A program made the position numbers and the translations under genes. A DNA stretch of 32,000 bases from Magnetococcales bacterium HHB-1 (GTDB lineage Bacteria; Pseudomonadota; Magnetococcia; Magnetococcales; JBQGBW01). Shown here in pieces: positions 7,973 through 20,177 of the stretch (positions within the stretch are counted from its first letter, which is position 1; each line of letters starts with the position of its first letter). A model generated the notes under the pieces. That model searched no databases. It worked only from the letters and a program-made list of their open reading frames with translations, and was not told the DNA's origin. The stretch spans positions 1-32,000 of the forward strand of contig JBQGBW010000022.1 of assembly GCA_052043475.1 (NCBI GenBank), in the 5' to 3' direction.

Positions 7973-8509
7973 CTATTTCTTCTTCCCTTCTTTCCGTAGA
8001 ACTTCTTCGTCCTTATAACGAACACCCTTCCCTTTATAGGGCTCGGGAGGACGATAGCTACGAATATTGGCACAAATTTGGCCAATGACTTCCTTATCTG
8101 CACCACTCACTTTAAGCTGCGTATTCCGATCCACCGAGACGGTCACCCCTTTGGGGATGTCGAACTCAACGGGATGGGAGAAGCCTAAACTGAGGGTCAG
8201 CTTACTTCCGCTAACCTGGGCACGATATCCGACGCCGATAATTTCCATCTCTTTGGAATAGCCTTCGGAGACACCCAACACCATATTTTTAATCAGTGTT
8301 CGGCTCAAGCCCCAAAGTCCAGCGATCCGTTTATCGCGGCTTTTGGTACGTTTACAGACAATCTGGTTCTCCTCTTTCGAGACCTCGATCAATGGATGAA
8401 TATCCCTTTCGAGTGTACCCAGTTTCCCTTTCACCGTAACATGGCCGCCATTAACCGCAACATCCACGCCTGCAGGTATTGGAATCGGTTTTTTGCCAAT
8501 TCTAGACAT
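7973..8509 (-). CDS. rplF: 50S ribosomal protein L6
   Basis: 178 aa. It begins 'MSRIGKKPIPIPAGVDV' and contains 'YRPPEPYKGKGVRY'. Confidence 0.97.
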   Translation of the reverse strand: MSRIGKKPIPIPAGVDVAVNGGHVTVKGKLGTLERDIHPLIEVSKEENQIVCKRTKSRDKRIAGLWGLSRTLIKNMVLGVSEGYSKEMEIIGVGYRAQVSGSKLTLSLGFSHPVEFDIPKGVTVSVDRNTQLKVSGADKEVIGQICANIRSYRPPEPYKGKGVRYKDEEVLRKEGKKK

Positions 8510-8521
8510 GGTTTTCCTTCC

Positions 8522-8920
8522 CTAGAACACGGTACAGATGACTTCGCCACCAACACCGAGCTTACGGGCTTCCCGACTGGAGATAACCCCTTTATTGGTG
8601 GAAAGAATCGCGATTCCCAAGCCATGATTAACCCGGGGAATTTCATCTTTCCCCACATACTCACGCCGACCAGGTTTTGAAATGCGCGTCATACTTTCGA
8701 TCACAGGCTGATTATTTGCCTGATATTTAAGGGTCAAACGAATCTGTCGATGCCCTTTTTCTGTGGAGAAGACTTTATAGCCCTCCACATAACCCTCTTC
8801 TTTGAGGATTTCGCAGATGCGAACTTTGGCGCGAGATGCAGGAACATCCATGGTCTCTTTGCCAACCATCTGTGCATTGCGAATACGGGCCAACAGATCG
8901 CTAATGGGATCAGTCATCAT
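8522..8920 (-). CDS. rpsH: 30S ribosomal protein S8
   Basis: 132 aa. It begins '[17 protein letters not shown]' and ends 'GGEVICTVF'. Confidence 0.97.
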   Translation of the reverse strand: MMTDPISDLLARIRNAQMVGKETMDVPASRAKVRICEILKEEGYVEGYKVFSTEKGHRQIRLTLKYQANNQPVIESMTRISKPGRREYVGKDEIPRVNHGLGIAILSTNKGVISSREARKLGVGGEVICTVF

Positions 8921-8966
8921 GGTACTTTCCCCGCGTCTCTTTTTTATCTTCCATGAGGAAACCGAT

Positions 8967-9152
8967 CTACCACGAAGCCTTTATAACGCCGGGAATCTCT
9001 CCACGCAACGCCAGTTGACGAAGACAGATACGGCAAAGCCCAAATTTTCGCAGGTAACCTCGCGAACGATTGCACCGACGACAGCGATTATAAGCGCGTG
9101 CCGAAAACTTGGGTTTCCTCTTATTTTTTACGATCAGAGCTTTTCTTGCCAT
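8967..9152 (-). CDS. rpsN: 30S ribosomal protein S14, short zinc-binding type (S14 type Z)
   Basis: 61 aa. CRRC...CRIC (C24, C27, C40, C43), and it ends 'PGVIKASW'. Confidence 0.96.
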   Translation of the reverse strand: MARKALIVKNKRKPKFSARAYNRCRRCNRSRGYLRKFGLCRICLRQLALRGEIPGVIKASW

Positions 9153-9170
9153 CTTCCAAACTCAAGCCAG

Positions 9171-9710
9171 TTACTTCCGGAAAGGAAGACGAAAACCACG
9201 AAGCAGTGCACGACCTTCGTCGTCTGTCCGTGCGGAGGTCACAAAAACCACATTTAGACCTCTTACCGTATCCACTTTATCGTAATCAATTTCCGGAAAA
9301 ATAATCTGTTCCTTAATCCCCATGGCGTAGTTTCCGCGGCCATCAAAGGCTTTAGTGGAAACACCACGAAAGTCTCGCACACGCGGCAGAGCCAGGTTGA
9401 TTAGACGATCAAGAAACTCATACATCCGATCCCGTCGCAGTGTGACACTGCAACCAATCGGCATTCCCTTCCGCAGACGAAAACCGGCAATCGATTTTCG
9501 TGCTCTACAGATCACAGGCTTCTGACCGGTAATTGCTGTCATATCGACAAGGGCGCCTTTGAGCAGGTTTTTATCCTGCGAGGCTTCACCAATGCCCATA
9601 TTGACCACAATTTTCTCCAGCTTAGGCACCTGCATCACGTTCCGATATTGAAACTCCTTGATCAATGACGGAACGATCTTCTCTTTATATAACTCCTTCA
9701 GACTGGCCAT
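9171..9710 (-). CDS. rplE: 50S ribosomal protein L5
   Basis: 179 aa, containing '[20 protein letters not shown]' and '[23 protein letters not shown]'. Confidence 0.97.
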   Translation of the reverse strand: MASLKELYKEKIVPSLIKEFQYRNVMQVPKLEKIVVNMGIGEASQDKNLLKGALVDMTAITGQKPVICRARKSIAGFRLRKGMPIGCSVTLRRDRMYEFLDRLINLALPRVRDFRGVSTKAFDGRGNYAMGIKEQIIFPEIDYDKVDTVRGLNVVFVTSARTDDEGRALLRGFRLPFRK

Positions 9711-9728
9711 CTTTGGCGTCCTTTATCC

Positions 9729-10076
9729 TCAACCGTCCAGGGTTTCGCCAGACCGGCGGGCTACACGGACTTTACGTCCATCTTCCAGGGTTTTCACCCC
9801 AAGTCGGGTTCCCTTCCCACTGCTGGGATCAACCATCATCACGTTGGATATATGGATAGGGCTCTCCTTGGAGATAATACCGCCCTGAGAATCCTGTGTG
9901 GGTTTGGTGTGTCTGCGAACCATGTTCACTTTCTCCACCAGCACACGGTTTTTCTTAGGCAGAACCCGGAGAATATTTCCCGTCTTCCCTCGATCCTTAC
10001 CAGCGATTACGACCACCGTATCGCCTTTTTTAAGCCGAGTCTTGAACTGTCCCCCTCGGCGTTTTGATTGGGCCAT
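9729..10076 (-). CDS. rplX: 50S ribosomal protein L24
   Basis: 115 aa with the KOW motif '[19 protein letters not shown]'. The N-terminus is about 9 aa longer than in E. coli L24. Confidence 0.95.
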   Translation of the reverse strand: MAQSKRRGGQFKTRLKKGDTVVVIAGKDRGKTGNILRVLPKKNRVLVEKVNMVRRHTKPTQDSQGGIISKESPIHISNVMMVDPSSGKGTRLGVKTLEDGRKVRVARRSGETLDG

Positions 10077-10089
10077 CCAAAACTCTCCT

Positions 10090-10458
10090 CTACAACACTT
10101 CCGGAGCCAGGGAAATAATTTTCATAAAGTTTCGTGCACGCAGTTCCCGGGTTACAGGCCCAAAAATACGTGTACCAATGGGTTCTTTCTGGTTGGTCAC
10201 CAGAACCGCAGCATTCCCATCAAAACGGATATAACTTCCGTCTGGACGGCGAACCTCTTTTTTGGTTCGCACAATCACTGCTCTAACCACATCCCCTTTT
10301 TTAACTTTTCCCCTCGGCATCGCAACTTTAACAGCAACGACAATAATATCGCCCACCGAAGCATAACGCCGCTTGGAACCGCCCAGCACCTTGATGCATT
10401 GAACTTTCTTGGCACCAGAATTGTCCGCGACATCCAAAACGGACTCTACCTGAATCAT
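10090..10458 (-). CDS. rplN: 50S ribosomal protein L14
   Basis: 122 aa. It begins '[28 protein letters not shown]', the L14 signature. Confidence 0.98.
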   Translation of the reverse strand: MIQVESVLDVADNSGAKKVQCIKVLGGSKRRYASVGDIIVVAVKVAMPRGKVKKGDVVRAVIVRTKKEVRRPDGSYIRFDGNAAVLVTNQKEPIGTRIFGPVTRELRARNFMKIISLAPEVL

Positions 10459-10469
10459 GTTACCTAATC

Positions 10470-10721
10470 CTAGGTTCGGATGGAACCACTCGCCGCGCCG
10501 ATCACTCTCCAGCGCTTATGCCGGCTAATGGGACGGCTCTCCTCCATCTGTACAAAATCGCCGATTTTAAAGGCGTTCTCTTCGTCATGCGCCTTATATT
10601 TCTTAGAGCGTCGGATAATCTTTCCATATAAAGGATGACGAACCCGACGTTCCACCTTAACCACTACGGTCTTGTCCATTTTATCGGACACGACAACACC
10701 TTGCAGAATTCGCCGAGCCAT
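10470..10721 (-). CDS. rpsQ: 30S ribosomal protein S17
   Basis: 83 aa, containing '[29 protein letters not shown]'. Confidence 0.97.
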   Translation of the reverse strand: MARRILQGVVVSDKMDKTVVVKVERRVRHPLYGKIIRRSKKYKAHDEENAFKIGDFVQMEESRPISRHKRWRVIGAASGSIRT

Positions 10722-10723
10722 GA

Positions 10724-10927
10724 TTATCCTTCCTCTCCATTGGCGCGTTTTTCTGTCATAATTGTCTTGACCCGGGCAATCTCTTTCTTCACCTGACGAA
10801 CCCGAGCTGTATTTTCAAGCTGCGATGTCGCCAGTTGAAAGCGCAGATTAAAATTCTCTTTATAGAGATCTTTAAGACGCCCGTCCAGCTCAGAAACCGG
10901 AAGAGCACGTAATTCCGCAGCCTTCAT
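10724..10927 (-). CDS. rpmC: 50S ribosomal protein L29
   Basis: 67 aa, containing '[38 protein letters not shown]'. It has a 4-nt ATGA overlap with rplP. Confidence 0.96.
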   Translation of the reverse strand: MKAAELRALPVSELDGRLKDLYKENFNLRFQLATSQLENTARVRQVKKEIARVKTIMTEKRANGEEG

Positions 10928-11343
10928 TCGACCTCTCCCCGCACAACAAACTTGGTCGCAATCGGTAGTTTTCTACCGGCACGACGCATCGCTTCTCGTG
11001 CTAGCTCTTCTGTGACCCCTTCCATTTCGTAGAGAATACGACCTGGTTTTACACGTGCGGCCCAATATTCAATATTACCTTTACCCTTACCCTGCCGAAC
11101 TTCTGCAGGTTTCTGAGAGACAGGTACATTGGGAAACACACGAATCCAGACGCGTCCACCACGACGGATATGACGGGTCATTGCGCGCCGCGCGGCCTCG
11201 ATTTGACGAGCAGTCACGCGACCAGGAGAAGTAGCCTTTAGACCAAACTGACCGAAGTTCAAGCTTGATCCTCTATAGGCAAGACCATGTATCCGCCCTT
11301 TATGGGCTTTACGATATTTGGTTTTTCTGGGTGAGAGTAGCAT
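10924..11343 (-). CDS. rplP: 50S ribosomal protein L16
   Basis: 139 aa. It begins '[17 protein letters not shown]' and contains '[21 protein letters not shown]'. Confidence 0.98.
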   Translation of the reverse strand: MLLSPRKTKYRKAHKGRIHGLAYRGSSLNFGQFGLKATSPGRVTARQIEAARRAMTRHIRRGGRVWIRVFPNVPVSQKPAEVRQGKGKGNIEYWAARVKPGRILYEMEGVTEELAREAMRRAGRKLPIATKFVVRGEVE

Positions 11344-11352
11344 AATTTCAAC

Positions 11353-11985
11353 CTATATCCGTTCGCGTATCTCGCCCTTATAAACCCAGACTTTTACGCC
11401 GATAATACCATAGGTGGTCAATGCTTCTGCAAAACCATAGTCAATATCAGCACGCAATGTATGCAGAGGAACGCGTCCTTCACGGTACCACTCGGTACGC
11501 GCAATTTCACCGCCGCCTAAACGGCCCGCACAGTTGATCCGGATGCCTTCGACACCCAATCGCATGGCGGCGTTCACCGCACGTTTCATTGCACGCCTGA
11601 AGACAACCCGTCGCACCAACTGTTGCGCCACATTTTCAGCGACAAGCTGGGCATCGGCTTCAGGTTTACGCACCTCAACAATATTTACTTGAATATCCGT
11701 ACTGGAAACCTGACGAATATCCGCTTTTAATTTCTCAATATCCGCTCCTTTCTTCCCGATAATAATACCCGGTCGAGCAGAGTGAATATTAATCCGCGCC
11801 TTTTTGGCCGGTCGTTCGATCACAATTTTGGATACCGCCGCATGCGACAGGCGTTTTTTCAGCCATGCTCGCAAACGAATATCCTCATTCAAAAGATCCG
11901 CATAGTTTTTATCGGCATACCAACGTGTGTCCCACGTTTTGGTCACGCCGAGTCGAAAACCTATCGGATGTACCTTTTGCCCCAT
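11353..11985 (-). CDS. rpsC: 30S ribosomal protein S3
   Basis: 210 aa. It begins '[24 protein letters not shown]' and contains the KH-domain motif '[12 protein letters not shown]'. Confidence 0.98.
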   Translation of the reverse strand: MGQKVHPIGFRLGVTKTWDTRWYADKNYADLLNEDIRLRAWLKKRLSHAAVSKIVIERPAKKARINIHSARPGIIIGKKGADIEKLKADIRQVSSTDIQVNIVEVRKPEADAQLVAENVAQQLVRRVVFRRAMKRAVNAAMRLGVEGIRINCAGRLGGGEIARTEWYREGRVPLHTLRADIDYGFAEALTTYGIIGVKVWVYKGEIRERI

Positions 11986-12005
11986 AATTCGTCCTCTTTC
12001 GGCCC

Positions 12006-12362
12006 CTAACCGTTGTCTGCCTGAACGGCAATCGTAATATGCGACGACCGTTTTAGTATCCGACAGGCACGACCCCGTGCCCGGGGACGAAACCGCTTGA
12101 TCACCGGTCCCTGATCCACATAAGCCTGAGATACAACCAGCGTGTCTACATCCATACCAAAATTATTCTCCGCATTCGCAATAGCTGATTTAAGAGTCTC
12201 TTTAATCACTATCGCGACGCGCTTTTTGGAAAATTCCAGGATTTCTAACGCGCTCTCAACAGACTTACCCCGTATCAGGTCGATCACCAGCCGCGCCTTT
12301 TTGGGCGAAACACGAAAATTCCGAGTTCGGGCATAAGCTTCGGTAATCTCGTCCATGCTCAC
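12006..12362 (-). CDS. rplV: 50S ribosomal protein L22
   Basis: The track start at 12362 is a GTG with a 4-nt overlap on rpsS; ATG 12356 (MDEITEAY...) is an equally plausible start. '[21 protein letters not shown]' and '[19 protein letters not shown]' are L22 motifs. Confidence 0.95.
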   Translation of the reverse strand: MSMDEITEAYARTRNFRVSPKKARLVIDLIRGKSVESALEILEFSKKRVAIVIKETLKSAIANAENNFGMDVDTLVVSQAYVDQGPVIKRFRPRARGRACRILKRSSHITIAVQADNG

Positions 12363-12643
12363 CTGCGTTTCTTTCTCGCCTTTCTGTCAACTCCGTGACC
12401 ATAGTAGAGGCGCGTTGGTGCAAACTCACCCAGTTTATGACCGACCATATTTTCAGTCACATGTACTGGAACAAACTTACGACCGTTATGCACACCAAAG
12501 GTATAGCCAACGAATTCAGGAATTACCGTGGACCGTCTAGACCACGTTTTAATCAGATCTTTACGCCCTTCTTCTCGAAGCTTATCTACCTTATTCATAA
12601 GATAGTCATCAAAAAAAGGGCCCTTTTTTACTGAACGTCCCAC
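12359..12643 (-). CDS. rpsS: 30S ribosomal protein S19
   Basis: 94 aa, with a GTG start and AAGGA 9 nt upstream. It contains '[12 protein letters not shown]' and '[25 protein letters not shown]'. Confidence 0.97.
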   Translation of the reverse strand: MGRSVKKGPFFDDYLMNKVDKLREEGRKDLIKTWSRRSTVIPEFVGYTFGVHNGRKFVPVHVTENMVGHKLGEFAPTRLYYGHGVDRKARKKRR

Positions 12644-12712
12644 GTCTGTTTATCCTTCAAACAAACCTTTGAACGGTCTATCTCTTAAGATTAAGAAACA
12701 GACGGTTCTCTC

Positions 12713-13549
12713 TTACTTCTTCCGACGCCGCATAATCAGGCGGTTAGAAGCTTTCTTCCTGTCTCGGGTTTTCTTACCCTTGGTAGGAACACCCCAAGGT
12801 GTCACAGGATTCCGACCCCCGGAGGTTTTACCTTCACCACCACCATGAGGGTGATCCACTGGGTTCATGACCACACCCCGTACTGTGGGGCGCCAACCCT
12901 GCCACCGTCTCCGTCCCGCTTTACCCAGCTTTACATTGCTGTGCTCCGCGTTGGATACGGTGCCAACCGTTGCCATACAATCCAGAAGAACCATCCGCAT
13001 CTCACCAGAGGGGAGCTTGAGTTGGGCATACTTGCCCTCTTTACCCATCAGTTGGGCGTAAGCCCCTGCTGAACGGGCCATCTGTCCACCCTTCTCTGGC
13101 TTCATCTCCACATTGTGAACAACCGTTCCCATGGGCATATGCCGCAGAGGCAGTGCATTCCCAGGACGAATGTCCACCGAACGCGCCTCTCTACCAGCAA
13201 TCACCTCATCACCCACCTTGAGTCGTTGTGGTGCAAGAATATAACGTTTCTCACCATCACGATAGACAACCAAGGCGATAAATGCAGTACGATTGGGATC
13301 GTATTCAATGGAACGTACCGTACCCGGTATTAAAAACTTGTTCCGCTTGAAATCAATGATACGATAACGCCGCTTATGACCACCGCCACGATGGCGAACG
13401 GTCATGCGTCCGTTGCTGTTACGACCACCACTTTTATGAAGTCCTACAACCAAACGTCGTTCAGGTCCACCGCGGGAAAGTGCACTATACTCAACAGAGG
13501 TTTGATGCCTTTTTCCCGGAGACGTTGGCTTATAATGCTTTAATCCCAT
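12713..13549 (-). CDS. rplB: 50S ribosomal protein L2
   Basis: 278 aa, containing '[16 protein letters not shown]' and '[23 protein letters not shown]'. Confidence 0.98.
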   Translation of the reverse strand: MGLKHYKPTSPGKRHQTSVEYSALSRGGPERRLVVGLHKSGGRNSNGRMTVRHRGGGHKRRYRIIDFKRNKFLIPGTVRSIEYDPNRTAFIALVVYRDGEKRYILAPQRLKVGDEVIAGREARSVDIRPGNALPLRHMPMGTVVHNVEMKPEKGGQMARSAGAYAQLMGKEGKYAQLKLPSGEMRMVLLDCMATVGTVSNAEHSNVKLGKAGRRRWQGWRPTVRGVVMNPVDHPHGGGEGKTSGGRNPVTPWGVPTKGKKTRDRKKASNRLIMRRRKK

Positions 13550-13591
13550 CGATTCATCTCCGCTTCCGTGCTTTCAATCCAACCTTATAGA

Positions 13592-13891
13592 TCAGCCTTC
13601 AGGAAAAAAGTCCACACTCTGCTCTTCTTTAAGACGAACCAGTGCTTTTTTCCAATCTTTACGCTGTCCTTGGATTTGACCGAAGCGTTTCTTTTTCCCT
13701 TTGACGTTATAGGTCTTCACTGAGACCACATCAACCTTAAAAAGCTTTTCGACCGCCATCTTAATCTGAACTTTGTTCGCCCATGGTGCCACTTTAAAAG
13801 CCACCTGATTACTTCTTTCTAAGCAGAGCGTGGCTTTTTCTGTTACATGGGGGGCCATCAAAACCTGATACAGTGTATATGGATCACTCAT
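13592..13891 (-). CDS. rplW: 50S ribosomal protein L23
   Basis: 99 aa, containing 'VLMAPHVTEKAT' and 'FKVDVVSVKTYNVKGKKKR'. It has a 4-nt overlap with rplD. Confidence 0.96.
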   Translation of the reverse strand: MSDPYTLYQVLMAPHVTEKATLCLERSNQVAFKVAPWANKVQIKMAVEKLFKVDVVSVKTYNVKGKKKRFGQIQGQRKDWKKALVRLKEEQSVDFFPEG

Positions 13892-14511
13892 GCGTATTTC
13901 TCCTCCAGATGCTTCAACGCGGCCTCTGTGACAATCAGCGTTTCATGCCAGAGAATATCGTAAACATTGAGTCCATCTGTGTGGAGAACATCGACACCAG
14001 GAATATTTCTGACAGAGAGGAGAAGCGTGGCATCACTCTTTGTTGTAAGAATTAATGCACTGCCTTTCACTTCCAGATTTTTTAGCCGGGCAACCATATC
14101 CTTGGTTTTGATTCGATCCAAACCAAAATTTCGAACCACCACCAGAGCGCCTTCCTGCGCTTTTGAAGAGAGCGCATTCAACAGAGCCAGACGACGCAGC
14201 TTTTTAGGCATTTTAATTGAGAAATCCCGTGGATGGGGACCAAAAACAACACCACCACCACGAAACTGAGGCGCACGGATTGTACCCTGACGCGCATTAC
14301 CGGTTCCTTTCTGACGGTAAGGCTTGCGATTTCCACCCGCCACATCGGAACGTGTTTTTGTTGATGCAGTGCCAGAACGACGTTTCGCCATCTGATAGCG
14401 CACCGCTTGAGCAAGAATATCTGGCCGCACACGACGACCAAAAACGGCTTCTTTAAGTTGAACGCTGCCTACCGTCTCATTGCCAGCGTTCCGAACTTCG
14501 ACCTCCATCAT
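13888..14511 (-). CDS. rplD: 50S ribosomal protein L4
   Basis: 207 aa, containing '[30 protein letters not shown]'. It has an ATGA overlap with rplC. Confidence 0.97.
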   Translation of the reverse strand: MMEVEVRNAGNETVGSVQLKEAVFGRRVRPDILAQAVRYQMAKRRSGTASTKTRSDVAGGNRKPYRQKGTGNARQGTIRAPQFRGGGVVFGPHPRDFSIKMPKKLRRLALLNALSSKAQEGALVVVRNFGLDRIKTKDMVARLKNLEVKGSALILTTKSDATLLLSVRNIPGVDVLHTDGLNVYDILWHETLIVTEAALKHLEEKYA

Positions 14512-15167
14512 CCTTTGGCCTTCTTCCCTTGGCTAACCTTCTTCTTGGCATCCTGAACCATCACCATTCCACCCTTAGGACCAGGAACAGTTCCTTTTAC
14601 CACCAGAAGATGCTTCTCTGCATCCACCATGGCGACACGCAGATTTTGTGCGGTCACCCGGTCACCGCCCATACGGCCAGGCATCTTTTTATTCTTAAAT
14701 ACCCGTCCTGGCGTTTGACACTGTCCAATGGAACCTGGAGATCGGTGAATTTTATGCGCACCATGTGAAGCGCGACCACCACGAAATCCCCAGCGTTTGA
14801 CCACGCCTGCGAACCCTTTACCGATGGATGTTCCTATGACATCGACAAACTGTCCCTGCTCAAACTGCTCTGCAGTGAGCTCCTGGCCGACCTTGTAATC
14901 TTCCAGGTTATCCACCCGAAACTCACGCAGGACACGTTTTGGTGCTACACCAGCTTTAGCAAACTCTCCACGAAGTGGCTTCGACACCCGTGATGCTTTC
15001 GCATCTTCAAATCCTAGCTGAATGGCATTGCAGCAGTCTTTGCCTTCCGTTTTCTTTGCCACCACTGAACAGGGGCCCAGCTGAATCACTGTGACAGGCC
15101 AACAGTCGCCGTCCTCCTGAAAAAGCTGTGTCATTCCCAGCTTTCGTCCGATCAATCCTGAACGCAT
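14508..15167 (-). CDS. rplC: 50S ribosomal protein L3
   Basis: 219 aa. It begins '[16 protein letters not shown]' and contains '[20 protein letters not shown]'. Confidence 0.97.
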   Translation of the reverse strand: MRSGLIGRKLGMTQLFQEDGDCWPVTVIQLGPCSVVAKKTEGKDCCNAIQLGFEDAKASRVSKPLRGEFAKAGVAPKRVLREFRVDNLEDYKVGQELTAEQFEQGQFVDVIGTSIGKGFAGVVKRWGFRGGRASHGAHKIHRSPGSIGQCQTPGRVFKNKKMPGRMGGDRVTAQNLRVAMVDAEKHLLVVKGTVPGPKGGMVMVQDAKKKVSQGKKAKG

Positions 15168-15197
15168 TTCACTAAAACCCTATTCCAAATTCTTAAA

Positions 15198-15271
15198 AAG
15201 CCAGATAGATCGAAATCTTTAGGCTTATAACTCCTCAGCGAAAATTAAAACTTCCTTTTAGATTTCGCTGA
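15198..15271 (-). promoter_or_regulatory. two hairpins in the putative rplC leader
   Basis: Hairpin A has a perfect 9-bp stem, TCAGCGAAA (15235-15243) pairing with TTTCGCTGA (15263-15271), and a 19-nt loop. Hairpin B pairs AAGCC (15198-15202) with GGCTT (15222-15226), has an inner AGAT/ATCT helix, and is followed on the minus strand by TTT. Hairpin B ends about 30 nt before the rplC ATG. Confidence 0.35.
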
Positions 15272-15387
15272 AAAATTTTTAACAAAGAAGATGCCTTATG
15301 CACTCCTACCAGCGGGAAAGAAATCATAAAATATAGGCTTTCCGCTCCATACACAAGGATCAACTTTTTTTATTTTTAAAGCCTTCT

Positions 15388-15407
15388 TGCATAAAAAATG
15401 CATAAAA
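15388..15407. repeat. tandem direct repeat TGCATAAAA-AA-TGCATAAAA (11-bp period)
   Basis: The 9-mer TGCATAAAA occurs at 15388-15396 and again at 15399-15407, inside the AT-rich rpsJ-rplC spacer. Confidence 0.6.
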
Positions 15408-15502
15408 GAAAATTAGGAAACTACTTGTAACACTTTCTGAACAGAAACGCCAGAACTTAATTTAAAAAAATATTAAATCAAATAAGATGATACAATCATT
15501 TA

Positions 15503-15551
15503 CCATAAAAAATAAAGAGAAGCTCTCTGCCCTGAAAGGAGAGAGCGCTTC
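15503..15551 (-). terminator. Rho-independent terminator-like hairpin 52 nt downstream of rpsJ
   Basis: The minus-strand RNA reads GAAGCGCUCUCU-ccuuucagggc-AGAGAGCUUC. This gives a 10-bp stem with a 2-nt bulge and 2 extra C-G pairs possible in the loop, followed by UCUUUAUUUUUUAU. Confidence 0.5.
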
Positions 15552-15602
15552 ACCCTTATATAAAAACGACACCACTCTGACACTGCGTCAAAAAAACACG
15601 GA

Positions 15603-15911
15603 TCAAAGCTTGATTTCTACGTTCACACCGGCCGCCAGATCGAGCTTCATCAACGCATCGACTGTCTGCGGGGTGGGATTAACAATATCCACCAACCGCT
15701 TATGGGTTCGAATTTCGAACTGTTCCCGCGACTTTTTGTCTACATGGGGAGAACGAAGCACCGTATACCGATTAATTTTTGTCGGCAGAGGAATTGGCCC
15801 CCGAATCTCAGCCCCTGTCCTGCGAGCTGTTTGAACAATCTCTGTTGTTGATTGATCCAGAATCCGGTGGTCGAACGCTTTCAATCGGATTCGTATCTTC
15901 TGATTTTCCAT
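15603..15911 (-). CDS. rpsJ: 30S ribosomal protein S10
   Basis: 102 aa. It begins '[21 protein letters not shown]' and contains '[36 protein letters not shown]'. Confidence 0.98.
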   Translation of the reverse strand: MENQKIRIRLKAFDHRILDQSTTEIVQTARRTGAEIRGPIPLPTKINRYTVLRSPHVDKKSREQFEIRTHKRLVDIVNPTPQTVDALMKLDLAAGVNVEIKL

Positions 15912-15959
15912 CCCGTCTTACCTAAGTCCGGATTCCCGGGCCCTACTCCATAGCAACGG

Positions 15960-17150
15960 TTATTCGATAATCTCAGCAACCACACCGGCGCCCACAGTCC
16001 GACCCCCTTCGCGAATCGCGAAACGCAGACCTTTCTCCATGGCAATCGGTGCAATCAGGTTCACTTCGATGGTTACATTATCTCCAGGCATCACCATTTC
16101 AACACCTTCTTCCAGCGCAATTGTACCCGTGACATCGGTTGTGCGGAAGTAGAATTGAGGACGGTAGTTACTGAAGAATGGGGTGTGACGTCCACCCTCC
16201 TCTTTGGTGAGGATATAGCACTCTGCCGTAAACTTGGTGTGTGGTGTGATTGAGCTTGGCGCGGCTAGAACCTGACCACGACGCACATCGGTACGCTTCA
16301 CACCGCGCAAGAGTGCGCCAATGTTATCTCCAGCTTGACCTTGATCGAGCAGTTTGCGGAACATCTCCACACCGGTACAGGTGGTGCTGGTGGTCTTCTC
16401 TAAGCCCACAATCTCGATGGTATCACCTACTTTAATGATACCACGTTCCACACGTCCGGTAACCACTGTACCCCGACCAGAGATGGTGAATACATCCTCA
16501 ATCGGCATCAGGAAAGCACCGTCTAAGGGACGCTCAGGCTGAGGAATATATTCATCCACCGCATCCATCAGCGCATCAATTGATTGTGCACCATGCTCTC
16601 CTTCATCCCCTTCAAGGGTTTTCAGAGCAGAACCGACAATGATCGGCACATCGTCACCAGGAAACTCATACTGTGTTAACAGTTCACGAATTTCCAACTC
16701 AACCAGTTCTAACAATTCAGGATCATCCACTTGATCCGATTTGTTCATGTAGACGACCAGTGCAGGCACACCCACCTGACGCGCCAGCAGGATATGCTCC
16801 CGCGTCTGAGGCATTGGGCCATCGGCGGCGGAGACAACCAGAATCGCACCATCCATCTGGGCGGCACCGGTGATCATATTTTTAATATAGTCCGCATGGC
16901 CGGGGCAGTCTACATGGGCATAGTGACGATTATCGGTCTCATACTCCACGTGTGCTGTGGCGATGGTAATGCCGCGCTCCCGCTCTTCAGGGGCGGCATC
17001 AATACTGTCATAGGCCATAAAATCAGCTTGGCCTTTCTCTGCAAGGCGCTTGGTAATCGCCGCGGTTAATGTGGTCTTACCATGGTCCACGTGACCAATG
17101 GTGCCAATATTAACATGCGGCTTCGTGCGCTCAAATTTCTCCTTGGACAT
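15960..17150 (-). CDS. tuf: elongation factor Tu
   Basis: 396 aa with the G motifs 'GHVDHGKTT', 'DCPGH' and 'NKSD'. It is highly similar to E. coli EF-Tu throughout. Confidence 0.99.
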   Translation of the reverse strand: MSKEKFERTKPHVNIGTIGHVDHGKTTLTAAITKRLAEKGQADFMAYDSIDAAPEERERGITIATAHVEYETDNRHYAHVDCPGHADYIKNMITGAAQMDGAILVVSAADGPMPQTREHILLARQVGVPALVVYMNKSDQVDDPELLELVELEIRELLTQYEFPGDDVPIIVGSALKTLEGDEGEHGAQSIDALMDAVDEYIPQPERPLDGAFLMPIEDVFTISGRGTVVTGRVERGIIKVGDTIEIVGLEKTTSTTCTGVEMFRKLLDQGQAGDNIGALLRGVKRTDVRRGQVLAAPSSITPHTKFTAECYILTKEEGGRHTPFFSNYRPQFYFRTTDVTGTIALEEGVEMVMPGDNVTIEVNLIAPIAMEKGLRFAIREGGRTVGAGVVAEIIE

Positions 17151-17161
17151 CTCTTAACCTC

Positions 17162-19240
<2,079 letters not shown>

Positions 19241-19258
19241 TTTCTTCCCCTGTCATTA

Positions 19259-19729
19259 CTACCATCGATAGTGGGCAAACACTTTGTTCGCTTCCGCCAT
19301 ACGGTGGACATCATCCCGTTTTTTCACCGTAGCACCACGCCCTTGAGCGGCATCCAATAACTCGGCTGCCAAGCGCTCAACCATGGTTTTCTCGCCGCGC
19401 TGACGCGCAAACCCAACCAGCCAACGAATCGCCAGTGCCTGACGACGGTTAGGACGTACCTCCACAGGTACTTGGTAGGTTGCTCCACCCACGCGCCGCG
19501 ACCGCACCTCAATCTGAGGACGCGCATTATCGACGGCTTCTTTAAAAACTTTTAAGGAATCTTCTTTGGTGCGCTCGTGGATAATATCCAAAGCTCCATA
19601 AAAAATCCGTTCAGCCAAGGACTTTTTACCGTCCCGCATCAGGCTGTTCATAAACTTGGTAACTAATTTATCTCCGTAAACAGGATCCGGGATAATCTCC
19701 CGTTTATGCTCACGGCGGCGCCTTGACAT
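19259..19729 (-). CDS. rpsG: 30S ribosomal protein S7
   Basis: 156 aa. It begins '[19 protein letters not shown]' and ends '[13 protein letters not shown]'. Confidence 0.98.
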   Translation of the reverse strand: MSRRRREHKREIIPDPVYGDKLVTKFMNSLMRDGKKSLAERIFYGALDIIHERTKEDSLKVFKEAVDNARPQIEVRSRRVGGATYQVPVEVRPNRRQALAIRWLVGFARQRGEKTMVERLAAELLDAAQGRGATVKKRDDVHRMAEANKVFAHYRW

Positions 19730-19752
19730 CTCCGTCCGCTCCTCATCAAAAA

Positions 19753-20124
19753 TTACTTAGGCCGTTTCGCCCCATACTTGGAACGACCCTGCTTGCGATC
19801 TTTCACACCCTGAAGGTCTAGATGACCCCGAACGATATGATAACGCACACCAGGAAGATCTTTAACACGGCCACCACGAATCAAAACAACCGCGTGTTCC
19901 TGAAGATTATGACTCTCACCAGGAATGTAGGCCGTTACTTCATGACCATTAACAAGACGAACACGTGCGACCTTTCTCAATGCAGAGTTAGGCTTTTTAG
20001 GTGTCGTCGTATAAACACGGGTACAAACCCCCCGTTTTTGAGGGCACGCCTGCAAGGCCGGAACATTATTTTTCTTTTTCAGAACTTTCCGACCAGAACG
20101 AACCAATTGATTAACCGTCGGCAT
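19753..20124 (-). CDS. rpsL: 30S ribosomal protein S12
   Basis: I placed the start at ATG 20124 ([13 protein letters not shown]) with GGGAG 8 nt upstream; the track start at 20139 is a TTG. It contains '[18 protein letters not shown]'. Confidence 0.98.
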   Translation of the reverse strand: MPTVNQLVRSGRKVLKKKNNVPALQACPQKRGVCTRVYTTTPKKPNSALRKVARVRLVNGHEVTAYIPGESHNLQEHAVVLIRGGRVKDLPGVRYHIVRGHLDLQGVKDRKQGRSKYGAKRPK

Positions 20125-20177
20125 GCGTTTGGCTCCCAAACATTTTTTCTCAAATACTCTAATCAGTTAAACCGTGG

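Noticed and set aside
9898-10467. 189-aa plus-strand ORF antisense to rplX/rplN. Similar long antisense ORFs occur at 30676..31287 (203 aa), 7087..7554, 8802..9257, 564..986, 983..1330, 28921..29304 and 15487..15834.
   Set aside because: Each lies fully opposite a confidently identified, highly conserved gene. The translations are low-complexity (Ser/Arg/Pro/Thr-rich) with no recognisable motifs and no Shine-Dalgarno sequence. This is the usual stop-codon-poor antisense frame of biased coding sequence.
15235-15327. 30-codon minus-strand ORF (MISFPLVGVHKASSLLKIFQRNLKGSFNFR) in the rpsJ-rplC spacer, considered as a leader peptide or small protein.
   Set aside because: It has no Shine-Dalgarno sequence and an unremarkable composition, and short ORFs are expected by chance in AT-rich DNA. 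It was noted only because it ends within the 3' arm of the 9-bp hairpin.
15168-15602. The rpsJ-rplC spacer considered as a MITE, IS remnant or intron.
   Set aside because: I found no terminal inverted repeats, target-site duplication, transposase fragment or conserved intron-like motifs. Only local hairpins and AT-rich sequence are present.
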